Of a stretch of DNA of 64,000 nt, positions 54,901 to 63,325 are shown piece by piece. A program made the position numbers and the translations under genes. The DNA comes from Glycera tridactyla (taxonomy: Eukaryota). The notes under the pieces are model-generated. The model was not told where the DNA came from. It searched no databases and worked only from the letters and a program-made list of their open reading frames with translations. Numbering within the stretch: the stretch's first letter is position 1; every line of letters starts with the position of its first letter. The DNA is taken from contig OZ286476.1 in NCBI GenBank assembly GCA_965644265.1, positions 55,924,001 through 55,988,000 of the forward strand, written 5' to 3'.

Positions 54901-57900
54901 TGGCTGGCCTGGCCCCAGCCAGATGATACATTCCTAGTCTTCTTGCCTATATTTGTAATGTATTTCATGATTTATCACTTTTATGAAAATTGTGTCAGGA
55001 GGTGGGAGCATCCCCGACAGAGCATCTCCTGTCTCCGGAGCATGCAGGGCAGCAGGAAACAGAGGGACACGCTACACCACAAGAACCAAATGTTACAATT
55101 GTAAGAGCCAGATTCTGTGTTACTCTTCACAGGATGCGCTCACCTCGTCACCATTGGTTCCACTTTGTTTGTGACCTAAGGTTGTTGGATATTTTTCTTG
55201 CTGAAATTCCCCTTTCGATATTTCTCCTGATGGAAAATATGATTCATTATCACAACAGTCTATATGTATTTACCAATGATGAATGAATAGGAAGTGATCG
55301 TATGATGGACTTCAGAACAACAGACTGTACTGACTAACTGTTGTGCTATAATATTCAAACAACCATGCTGATGATAGCCATGTGACTGCTGGTTACAGCA
55401 TAGAATATTGAGAACACTCATCATCAACACATGAACAATTCAACCAAGGCCGGGAACTCTACAAACATAAGAATTCATGATCACTCATCCATGGCAGATG
55501 GGTGTATTTTCAGTGACTATGAATTCTCTTGTGGCCTGTGAATGTTTTGTGTTTCTCGTTACATTTTCTGTGAGAAATGTGTGAGAAACTGAGGTCACAA
55601 GAAAAGTGGAACCAACTGTAGAGATGATTTTTTGCCAGAGCAGTTAGCCTTCACCATATGGGCACCTTGATATGTTAGTTGTAGTGGTGTGAATCAGTTC
55701 TTTTTTACCTGACTGTTAAGCACATTGTCCTCGAATGTGTCAATTTTAAGTAAATGAGATCACAATATCACAATGTAGGAAATATGAAGGAGCTGTTTGA
55801 ATTGATTGAATCAAGAAATATCATTGGATATCCAAGGCTGCAGGCCATGTGAGTTAGTGTCTATGTTGCCTGCATGTAAAAACATCCATCCTATCATTTT
55901 GCAAAAGAGGAGGGAAAGTTCCCCGGGAAGAGTGCTCGATTCTTCAGCCAATAGCTGGTTTTTTCACATAGAAAATTTGAAAAACAAATGAAGTACAAAA
56001 TACTTCTTTCGTTCCAGTTATTGCCAAGACAATAATCCTGCCAAGGTTGTTGAGATATTAAGCCTCACTCAATCAAGCAATCAAGCAATCAAGCAATCGA
56101 GCAATCATTTTTCCCTGATGGTTTCTGATTGACCCACCCCAAGCGATGATTATATGATATTGGTTTCGATCTTTTTGTACTTGATTCAGCTAATTGCAGC
56201 CATGATGTAGTTCAGAAAAATAAAACCTATGGATGTGTGATAAAGCTGGCCCAGAAAGTTCTCATCATTATTTTTAATAAGTTTACTTATGGTGATCATA
56301 CCTTTTCATTAGATTCCCGTATTTTCAGTTGAAAATTATAATCTACATGATGAGCTTACTGTTCCAGGATAAGAACTGTTACTTTATGGAGAATTCAACT
56401 GCTTAGAGATTGAGAATCAAATATGGAACGTGGTGGCCAGGGATAACTGACCTACAGAAATAACAGCTCATGAATCAATCCCATGTTCCCAGGGTAACAC
56501 TGTGGTCAACATTGAGTGCCTGTGAACCCCATGAATTCTCATCTTCCATTGGGGACCTGGGAGGAGCAGTCTTGAATGATCCTATCCATGCCCATTGCAT
56601 GGGAGTCACAGTATAGCAAATTTGGTGCTGATGTGATGTTAAACAGAACCAACCAACCATAATCGAATGGCCAAATACCTGTAAGCAATCCTCTCTATAT
56701 GATGTACTATACATGATTTGACCTTTCAGGTATGATTATATTATTCACAGCTTAGTTCCTGTTCAGTCGATTGTTGGATCAAGAATACTTGATCAAAGCA
56801 GAGGTGTCTTGCTATTCTTGCCCCCCCCCCCCCCTCACAACATTGAGATTGTTGTGCTATACTATTCAAACAACGATGCTGATGATAGCCATGTGACTGC
56901 TGGTTACAGCATAGAATATTGAGAACACTCATCATCAACACATGAACAATTCAACCAAGGCCGGGAACTCTACAAACATAAGAATTCATGATCACTCATC
57001 CATGGCAGATGGGTCTATTTTCAGTGACTATAAATTCTCTTGTGGCCTGTGAACGTTTTGTGTTTCTTGTTACATTTTCTGTGAGAAATGTGTGAGAAAC
57101 TGAGGTCACAAGAAATGAATTCTCTTGATTGTTGGATCAAGAATACTTGATCAAAGCAGAGGTGTCTTGCTATTCTTGCCTACCCCCCCCCCCCCCTCAC
57201 AACATTGAGATTGGTTTGGAGATAGTGACAGAGACAGAGAGATTGCATATTGTCATTCTTGTGAGTTCATCAGTATCTGTGGAGTAAAAGCAAGAACACA
57301 CTACTCGGCAGGAGAGCAATCAGTGAAATCATGCAAAATAATTTATGTTGAAAGGGGGACGTTTCTTGGGATCTCCCAACTTCTTGTTGCATGAAACTTG
57401 ATGTTTGATAGAAGAAATATTTGTTTTCACTTGCTGAAGGTCAGCCTGACTGAGGACGGTCATTCTCTCTACCGAACTAGCCCGAGTAATCAGTCAGTCA
57501 CGTCACTTCAATCACAAGAGAAGCCGACTGTACTCATAGTAAGCAGTGCCTGGTGTTTTATAAATGACTGGAACTAACTGATCTTGTGGTGGTGTGCCTC
57601 AACTGTGATTCTAACATAACACTCACTTAACATGGTCACTCACCTTTCTTGGCTTTGCTGAGGATGCATCCAGGGAGGGGGTATTTCACTCATTTTCTTG
57701 ATTTCAAAAGCAATCAGGGGGCCATGAGACTAACCCTTCTAAATGAGAAAAAAAAGATTTTTCTATTTAATTCCCTGTGACCAACTTGCCTCTTTTTCTC
57801 AAATCTTGGGGGCCGAAAGCCTAGACTTTTAAATCCTGGATGCATACCTGCATTACATCAGCACTTGAGTTTTTTCTGTTGGATTATACATTGGTTATGG

Positions 57901-60900
57901 TGCAGTACATGTGGGGTGGGTTGCAGATTTGTAGATGCAAATAAGTGCAGGATAGTGGACCTTGAGCTGCTCGTGAAAACTAATCGTGTGGTCACAAGGT
58001 AGTACATGTACATGTGTGTTGTGCTGGTTTGCTGGTGTGTTTCAACTCACAACAAGCCTTGCAGTTTTCCATTGACATGCATCGAGGGAGGAGAAGGGGG
58101 CATGCAATTGACAGATACAAGTCCATCTTGGTCCAATTCTAGCAGTTGCAGGACTCAATATTTTGGCATATTCCCAAGTGGAGCTGCATTTTTCTTACGA
58201 TCTTTTTCCATAGCATATTGATCATTACTTAATCATGAGAAGGGCCAAATTGGTGGCATATCTTGAAAAGATTGAGGCATTTCTGCTTGCAGCTGCTCTT
58301 GATAATTAATTTGTACTTGAAGTTGTACAAAGCTGTTATAATTGTTGCTTCCACATCATTTGTAACAGCCTTGAGTTATATCTTGATGCTAAGCTGAGGA
58401 GATTGCCCATGACTAGGTGCTACTCGGAACCCACACATCAATTGCACCAGCATCATGTCCCTTGCAGGCACTGCTACATGCAGTTTTGATAACCTTCCTT
58501 CATCAAACATATCTATGGACAATCGTTCTGATAGGAGAGAATAATTAAAAGTTCACATGTCTTTCATCCTCCATATTCCTGATCCCATAGTTATAGCAAA
58601 ATATGATTGTATTATATATTCTATATCGAGAATAAATGGAATTGCTTATTGAATGGCTTCTACGTGGAAACTTGAAGAGGATTTTAGTAGTGTGGCACTG
58701 TGAAATGTGTATACCATGAAAAAAATAAGATGCTGGCAAATCTATCTCTCAAACATGTATTATATTTCTTTATGATGACAGTACATTGAAAGAATGCGTC
58801 ATTGGTACATTCTTCTCCTGTCCACATATCATTCAGACAGTATTTGACATAGTCAAATATACCTCCAATGAGAAACCACTTGTCTTGAGAGACCGTTTGT
58901 GTTTGGCATCTTGACCGGTCTCCCAAGAGAGGTTTTACTGTACATGTACTTCATTTCCTAAACTCTCATATAATATAGTTGGGGTTTGATTTTTCGCTGT
59001 TATCCCCTGAACTTTAATGCTTACACTAGCTTTTATCCATTTGATGTTGATTCAGTCACACTAGGAAAAGAGTTGGGGCTTCTTGTCACTATAAAGTCAA
59101 ACTTGTCATAAGCATGAGGCCAGGGGACTGTATGAAACTGTGTGCTTTAGAGCCAGTTCATGCTTAGTATGGGTGAATTGAAGTGAAAAATACTCTGGTG
59201 GGATGAAGTCCTGTTGCTTGGTGTAAGTTCTTGCTGAGTTTGATTATATTTGATTCTGCCTGATATGTTATTATCGCAGTCCTTGATACAACATCTACCT
59301 TGATACAACATCTACAGGATAGCAGAGAATGCAGATCTGACTCTGTTTGGTTTCTTTCATTTGACAGGCATTGATTGGCCGAGACAGACGCAGCATAGCA
59401 GATTCTGGGCTGGGACATTCTGATGATGCATCCAGCGNNNNNNNNNNNNNNNNNNNNNNNNNNNNNNNNNNNNNNNNNNNNNNNNNNNNNNNNNNNNNNN
59501 NNNNNNNNNNNNNNNNNNNNNNNNNNNNNNNNNNNNNNNNNNNNNNNNNNNNNNNNNNNNNNNNNNNNNNNNNAGAAAGGGTGAACAGGTGCAAAGATTG
59601 TACTATGAAGGAATCTGATCCTTCCACAGATATGACCGTCACTGTTTTTGAGAGAAAATGGAGTATCCAAAGAAGCATTTTATGCTGATCATTTTGAAAA
59701 TTGGACTGGGTTTGAATGTAGATTGGGCATGAAATATGCTGGTGACTTGATATACAGTTGAATCTGTCTATATAGACTTCAGTCGTATCCAAAAGTGGCT
59801 GTATAGACAGGTTCAATTGTACTATTGATTCCCACCACTGAAGGACATGTACACCAATTTTGGGGCTTGTTGCAAATGTCAACAATGTGGACTGGGGCAC
59901 TCATTTGACAGGGTTTTTGGTTTGATTTGCTTAGAATTTAAGATAAACTCTAAGAATTATTGATGCCAACATTGCACATTATATGAGGATGAGTAAATTG
60001 TTGGTGATTTTGATTTTGAAGGTACGACTGTGCCAGCAATTACTGGACGTGTTCAACATTTGAAACCGATCAAGTCAACCCACGAACCAGTTCAGCAGCC
60101 AGTCGGTGAGTTCTTGCAATTTGCCAGAAATGTGATTGTTCCGCAGATCTGCAGATTTCAGCGTATGTTATTGAAGATAAGAGAATTTTATGCTGATTAG
60201 CTTTTTCTGAGGGAATCCTCTCACCACATCTGACCTAGATGAAAGTTGTAAAGCACCAGTGTATTTATCAGAGTATGTCTTTCACAGATGAGAGCTGGCG
60301 TGAGTTGTTCCAGAGTCGTCCAGAGCCAGAAGCAGAAGTCCAGCAGGTGGCGACGTTACCGCCGATACGTTACCTCACCGAGGATCAACCAATGATGCCT
60401 GGCGATGCTGGAGTTCGCCTCCTACAGTCTGTTACTGTCACACCCAAGGTAGCTTCTCATTTTGCCTCCAGGCATTTGATTGTTCTGCATATCCCAGAAT
60501 TTCCAAGTTTTTTAGGGCTAATGTAAACCATCCCAGTCTTCGAATTAAGCTACTCTCTCGAATCCCAGGGAGAGTGAATTGGATAACAGGAGAGTGGGAA
60601 GACCAAGTCATTCTCCCAAGTGGAGAGTGTAGATTTTCCAGTTGATGTATTTACAGTGAAGACAGAACACAACAATTTTTGCAGTTTTTTTAGATGTTCA
60701 AAAACTTGATAATAGGCACTATGTTGAATTTCAGGTTCCTTTTGTTGTAAGCCAATCACATCCCTGGGCTTTAAAGTGGGTTTTGGGGGAATTACATATG
60801 AACATGCCCCAGACATAAACAGTACCTTCCTCAGGCATCGATGCTGTATAGATCCTGCTGGAGTGTTCTCACTTTAATCTATCTGTCTGTATGTTGCAGA

Positions 60901-63325
60901 TGTTCTAAGCATGCAATTTTGCATCTTCCCAAGACAGGTGTGAATTTGTATAAGTCAAATTCAGAATATTCTCTCAATCTTCAACTGATTTTAAATTCTG
61001 TTTGTGTTAAAACCTGGAGTAAACTTTTGAGGACTCCCAGTTAACTGCAAGTGAGAAAAGAGCTGAATTGCCTGAGCTCATTCCTCTTTTCTCTCTAAAT
61101 GTTTAAACTAGAGAATTTTGGTAAATTATGTGCATCTTCGGATGTCTGGCAAAATGCACACAAAACCTCCTCATTATATTAAGAATCCTAACTTTTCACA
61201 AACATTGGACATAACATTGTCATTCCGATTTGGAAATACATTAAAACCTACAAACGTCACCTGGAGCAGTGACTATGACTGTATTCTGTACCATTGATGT
61301 AAAAATTTACTGCCCTACATGAGTGGGTCAGATATGATAATTCACAGGAGATATGCTTTTCTGTCTCATCCATCGGACGGATCAAAGTCTTGTGAAAGAT
61401 GTGAATCTTGGACATGTTCATCACTGTGTATGTTAATGTCTATGCGGTGCACATGTGAAAGATGTGAATCTTGGACATGTTCATAACTGTGTATGTTAAT
61501 GTCTATGCAGCGCACATGTGAACGTTCCACCCTAGGAGTTTTTATCAGCAAGAAAAACAGATAATTGTAGCCATGCAGGACATGAGTAATGTGTCATTTT
61601 TCACAGTCCTAGTATTGTCTAAGCATGGTTCGCACAGTCTTGAAAAGTGCTTGAAAATCATTGTGAGTCCATGAAAGTGCTTGAATTTGATTGCTGTCTT
61701 GAAAAATGTGAAAAATCATGGAAAAGTACTTGATTTCTGTACAGAGTGCTTAAAGTTCAACAAATATGACCAGGAAATCCCAGATTTGTCATAAATTGTG
61801 CTGACCAAAAATTACTCGCAAGCAGTTGGATCTCACGACTATTGCAATATTGAAGGCTAGAATTGTGCATATATTCATTAGAACAAGAGGTCGTTAAGAT
61901 TTGCAGTCCATCAATTCTCTTATTACATGGTTAATATTAATTTAGGTCAATGTAGGTAATAAAATTTCTCAGAGCCAACATGTGTGTAGTGGTGATAATC
62001 AAATGATATATGAATCAACAATATTATCAGTTTTGAGTTACTGTGATAGTGTGTTCCACGTCCTCACTAATCGTGATTGTTACCATTTGCAACAAGTCCA
62101 GAACAAGGCACTTAGGGTTATTACGCTTCGCAGTAGATGGGCGAGTACTGACGAAATGCACGAGGATACGAATCTTCTGCGATTGCATCAGCTTAGAAAA
62201 CTTCATCTACTGCAAGTGATGCATAAATGTACCTGCAACAGAGTTCCAATCTACATTGAGGATCTACTGGTGCCCTTGAATAATGTTCACAATTGCAATA
62301 CCAGAGCAGCTGAACAAGGTGATTTTCTGTTGCCTTCAAGAAGAACAGTTGCAGGTCAGAGGGCCTTCAGCTACCAGGGGCCACTCAGTTGGAATGCACT
62401 TCCTCAGGATCTTAAGTCTAAGAGGACACTGGGTGCCCATTCATTTAATGATCATTTGAGAAAATGGATAAAAAACACCTAAGCAGTGTGGTAATAATGT
62501 CATTTGGTCTATAATCATTCTCGTAATAATTTGTGATCATTCAGGTCTGTCTATTTCTGGAAAACTGTCATGATACTTGTGGTTAATATGTAGTCAGAAC
62601 CTGCGGTACGCAGGTCTTCGGAAACATGGCAATGACAACCACAATTAGTTCTGTATTACTCATTGATACCTGCATCATAATGTACCTGCATTGAGAGAAA
62701 GATTGAATGTATAATTGTCAAAATCAAAGTATCAGCAATATCTGTATCCACACCTCAGGCTCTAAGCCACATAAGTATACTATGTGTATGTTGAATAGTA
62801 ATCATAGCATGCCACTGGAGCGTAACACCTATATTGTGTTCGCTATTCTATCACCTTTCATGTTTGAATTTCAATCTATGGTATTTCAATTGTATTTCAT
62901 CACACGTTGTATCAGAAAATCCCGTACCATTTATTTGTTGTACATGATGATAAATACGTGTTTGATAAATAAAAGTTTTTGAATTTGAATTTGAATAATC
63001 AGAACTGAGGATGGTTTTGAGCAGATTGATGCATGAAAAATTATTTCTGAGCCATGGGCAGAGAGCTTGAAAAACTAGGTGAGTCCTTAAAAAGTCCTTG
63101 AAAAGTGCTGGAATTCTCTCTCAGGATTTCTGTATGAACCATGCTAAGAGATATGCTTGAGAACTAACCCATTTCATCAGTCATATATAATCCTGGAGGG
63201 ACATTAAACATTAATTAATCAGCTGATCATTTTATTATTTCCTAGCATGATGGTTCAGTTGGATCACCAAAGAAGCATCGCGTTGATTCCGTGCCTGGGA
63301 AGTTAGGTGTCCATACCACTAATGC
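868..63325 (+). CDS. Large multi-exon gene, partial at both ends: HEAT-repeat-like core inside long disordered acidic/Lys/Ser-Arg-rich regions (about 1,420 codons in window)
   Basis: 24 exons with AG acceptors and GT donors (one GC donor) chain with matching phases and no stop; one exon runs into an N-gap. WDR87/WDR97-like is only an impression from memory, so no symbol is given. Confidence 0.85.
1564..1752. mobile_element. hAT-like MITE; related partial copy at about 6300-6485
   Basis: Ends TAGGGCTCTA...TGGAGCCCTA (9/10 inverted match); TSD not clean. Confidence 0.55.
1768..3953. mobile_element. Non-autonomous composite DNA transposon, KolobokP-like (LTDR-INT-INT-LTDR)
   Basis: 490-bp direct repeats at 1768-2257 and 3464-3953, each with 20-bp TIRs (18/20) starting GGCTAGA; TTCA duplicated at 1764-1767 and 3954-3957; two about 600-bp internal units; no transposase ORF. 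Confidence 0.8.
4306..4467 (+). CDS. Exon SDDTGIENES...TQMSQ, phase 0-0
   Basis: tttcacag acceptor, weak CAA|gttggg donor, 162 bp open, fits both neighbours. Confidence 0.75.
4535..4712. mobile_element. TA-flanked Tc1/mariner-pogo-type MITE (CAGTGRAACCTG...CAGGTTTCACTG), representative copy
   Basis: TIRs plus TA on both sides and GAGACCAC/GTGGTCTC subterminal repeats; other full or partial copies near 1200-1320, 11137-11238, 15434-15600, 16306-16517, 20106-20177, 23513-23668, 25855-25932, 27170-27290, 34932-35057, 41344-41503, 48286-48335, 51085-51190, 58868-58940, 59750-59822. Confidence 0.85.
4929..4974. repeat. (TCAA)n microsatellite, interrupted
   Basis: Direct reading. Confidence 0.9.
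9479..9750. repeat. Degenerate 22-bp minisatellite (GCCCTTGATGTGTGCTTTACAA-like)
   Basis: Several recognisable units in register, clearest at about 9550-9685. Confidence 0.7.
10681..10816 (+). CDS. Exon VAISPIGFEDEVEE...KPEFQFK, phase 0-1
   Basis: ttctgtttag acceptor, AAG|gtgagt donor. Confidence 0.9.
12052..12213 (+). CDS. Exon ETTPPPQPLPR...ERRRSDLE, phase 1-1
   Basis: cttttgagtag acceptor (tandem GAGTAG), AAG|gtaaaa donor. Confidence 0.85.
15121..15215 (+). CDS. Exon DKIGSRKSTK...KRVSIQQ, phase 1-0
   Basis: ttttctctttag acceptor, CAG|gtaggt donor. Confidence 0.9.
15199..15357. repeat. 53-bp tandem repeat x3 spanning an exon-intron junction
   Basis: Units start at 15199, 15252 and 15305; one substitution among them. 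Confidence 0.95.
16125..16294 (+). CDS. Exon DEPAAHPLLQKIVKEPWFPRG...QHIVKIN, start of folded helical region, phase 0-2
   Basis: ttgatttcag acceptor, AA|gtgagc donor. Confidence 0.9.
17436..17607 (+). CDS. HEAT-like exon DIGFTGDQQDKIVNKLLPHLQDQDSVKRENTVRTLGELG...LPTLVDKE, phase 2-0
   Basis: tgtatttcag acceptor, GAG|gtaagt donor; L-x-D-x-D-x-x-x-R-x-x-x-x-x-x-L-G-x-L-G pattern typical of HEAT repeats. Confidence 0.92.
21424..21549 (+). CDS. HEAT-like exon GGIKLEAAKALRKLAGVYDK...SRTDE, phase 0-0
   Basis: tttatttgatag acceptor, GAG|gtgagt donor; completes the HEAT repeat LVDKE|GGIKLEAAKALRKL; not in the ORF track. Confidence 0.9.
25297..25416 (+). CDS. Exon DDVLRHLEENLL...RIADWMEQTPPEGGIVPE, phase 0-0
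   Basis: Strong ttctgttcttacag acceptor; donor GAG|gtcttt is weak, so the 3' end is uncertain. Confidence 0.8.
26574..26739 (+). CDS. Exon EDKILAVSRRSSMASH...DVVTAGS, phase 0-1
   Basis: ctttttcacacag acceptor, AC|gtgagt donor. Confidence 0.9.
26889..27057. mobile_element. Fold-back (hairpin) MITE; partial second copy at 6574-6651
   Basis: About 75-bp imperfect inverted arms around a short loop; right arm recurs at 6574-6651. Confidence 0.7.
27923..27961 (+). CDS. 39-bp exon PEAAEGQDEEDKT with GC donor, phase 1-1
   Basis: tttttattggcag acceptor, CAG|gcaagc donor; symmetric so it can be skipped. Confidence 0.6.
28533..28581. repeat. (CAGT)n microsatellite, about 12 units
   Basis: Direct reading. 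Confidence 0.95.
29231..29743 (+). CDS. Acidic exon EDNKDDADTG...SDGDAEC, phase 1-1, with a 2 x 12-aa repeat (ADIEEKPDLDDK, 29545-29616)
   Basis: Inside the 181-aa ORF; atctaccag acceptor, G|gtgact donor. Confidence 0.8.
33200..33269 (+). CDS. Exon GRGSRASFGSRMGVNSVASTELPG, phase 1-2
   Basis: cttcattctacag acceptor, GG|gtaggt donor; bridges phase 1 to phase 2 exactly as the chain needs. Confidence 0.85.
33496..33785 (-). mobile_element. SINE-like retroposon with (CAAT)n tail; related pieces at 3956-4000, 9815-9936, 31841-31950, 54255-54385
   Basis: Shared body AACTGTCAGCTAC..TTCCACTTGACAA and 3' end GTTGATACATGCCRTTAAAC+(CAAT)n; no tRNA-derived head identified. Confidence 0.6.
34691..34866. 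mobile_element. Second TA-flanked MITE subfamily (CAGTCAAAC...GTTTGACTG with GCTTAG repeats); copies at 37454-37627 and 59094-59249
   Basis: TIRs, TA flanks, shared AAATACTCTGGT core in all three copies. Confidence 0.8.
35462..35876 (+). mobile_element. Helentron-associated (DINE-1/HINE-like) non-autonomous element
   Basis: TTATGTTTTC start followed by (GGTA/GGTG) microrepeat, internal repeat of TAGCCCTCTCAA.CTTG, 3' hairpin TGCACTCAG...CTGAGTGCA then TCCAGTT; family assigned from recalled architecture. Confidence 0.55.
36491..36895 (+). CDS. Ser/Arg-rich exon RRMMAVSLGSFRPESRS...PRILVEE, phase 2-2
   Basis: gtgatacag acceptor, GA|gtaagt donor; the other two frames contain stops. Confidence 0.9.
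39621..39763 (+). CDS. Exon RKIIPTNAALYNIYSEAG...QENAG, phase 2-1
   Basis: atgattttag acceptor, GAG|gtaaat donor. Confidence 0.88.
40525..41179 (-). mobile_element. Hairpin-bearing non-autonomous element, copy 1 (about 55-bp internal deletion), opposite orientation to copy 2
   Basis: Reverse-complement match to 44024-44650 along its length. Confidence 0.8.
41219..41331 (+). CDS. Exon ADEKSEEETKSMAG...RTGSIQ, phase 1-0
   Basis: Tandem TAGCAG acceptor (start 41219 or 41222), CAG|gtaaga donor. Confidence 0.88.
41593..41721 (+). CDS. Possible cassette exon DIDDEQNISR...RPESHQ, phase 0-0 (not counted in the 24-exon chain)
   Basis: Open 129 bp, but rare GAG acceptor and weak CAA|gtgggg donor. 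Confidence 0.3.
41880..42230. promoter_or_regulatory. Putative intronic promoter/enhancer
   Basis: CpG-retaining patch with GTGACGTCAC (CRE, 41907-41916), ACTTCCGG (ETS, 42035-42042) and X-box-like CACCATAGCAAT; motif evidence only. Confidence 0.35.
42807..42890 (+). CDS. Exon RKKTVVIKEEAEEMIIEEMYGDEEQGDN, phase 0-0
   Basis: ttatctgttaag acceptor, AAT|gtaagg donor. Confidence 0.8.
44024..44650 (+). mobile_element. Hairpin-bearing non-autonomous element, copy 2 (possibly Crypton-like; strand label arbitrary)
   Basis: About 70-bp inverted arms around GAGGCCGAAGGCCGA (44024-44187) followed by a TIR-bounded module; TATA at both ends; family name is inference. Confidence 0.75.
47532..47659. repeat. 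64-bp tandem duplication x2
   Basis: Units start at 47532 and 47596. Confidence 0.9.
49376..50263 (+). CDS. 888-bp exon: Lys-rich block, poly-Glu/Asp block, then Pro/Thr-rich tail, phase 0-0
   Basis: Inside the 330-aa ORF; ttttccctgcag acceptor, ATT|gtaaga donor. Confidence 0.9.
51911..51980. repeat. (CA)n microsatellite
   Basis: Direct reading. Confidence 0.95.
52677..52760 (+). CDS. Exon MSSKNLTVTVPGLHTDASRMSTPDNDEL, phase 0-0
   Basis: ttcattattataag acceptor, CTT|gtaaga donor. Confidence 0.78.
54999..55100 (+). CDS. Exon EVGASPTEHLLSPEH...QEPNVTI, phase 0-0
   Basis: ttgtgtcag acceptor, ATT|gtaaga donor. Confidence 0.78.
55339..57213. repeat. Complex local duplication X...Y-X'-filler-Y'
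   Basis: X 55339-55604 matches X' 56850-57115 (about 6 differences); Y 56769-56850 matches Y' 57127-57213. Confidence 0.9.
59368..59437 (+). CDS. Exon ALIGRDRRSIADSGLGHSDDASS, running into an N-gap
   Basis: tttctttcatttgacag acceptor, phase 0 start; donor not visible; must end in phase 1 to join 60022. Confidence 0.65.
60022..60105 (+). CDS. Exon GTTVPAITGRVQHLKPIKSTHEPVQQPV, phase 1-1
   Basis: tgattttgaag acceptor, TCG|gtgagt donor. Confidence 0.82.
60288..60448 (+). CDS. Exon DESWRELFQSRPEP...VRLLQSVTVTPK, phase 1-0
   Basis: gtctttcacag acceptor, AAG|gtagct donor. Confidence 0.88.
61391..61522. repeat. 63-bp tandem duplication x2
   Basis: Units start at 61391 and 61454. Confidence 0.9.
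61624..63143. mobile_element. Non-autonomous DNA transposon (about 520 bp once the LINE is removed) with apparent 5-bp TSD CTAAG
   Basis: TIR CATGGTTCGCACAG / CTGTATGAACCATG (12/14); CTAAG at 61619-61623 and 63144-63148; internal CTTGAAAAGTGCT repeats. Confidence 0.7.
62002..62994 (+). mobile_element. 5'-truncated non-LTR retrotransposon (CR1/L2-group, Crack/Daphne-like): ORF2 C-terminus plus 3' UTR
   Basis: ORF YESTILSVLSYCD...LQQVQNKALRVI...RAFSYQGPLSWNALP, stop at 62480-62482; AATAAA at 62968-62973; (TTTGAA)n tail; 7-bp TSD ATAATCA at 61995-62001 and 62995-63001. Confidence 0.9.
63246..63325 (+). CDS. Exon HDGSVGSPKKHRVDSVPGKLGVHTTN, phase 0-2; gene continues beyond the window
   Basis: ttattatttcctag acceptor, GC|gtgagt donor. 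Confidence 0.8.

Larger units (their letters stand above)
34178..59573. other. Five assembly gaps: 34178-34367, 48680-48870, 51369-51560, 52158-52353, 59438-59573
   Basis: N runs of 136-196 bp; ORF-track entries that cross them are artefacts. Confidence 0.98.

Noticed and set aside
33955-59900. Long ORFs containing X runs
   Set aside because: They are open only because they cross N-gaps.
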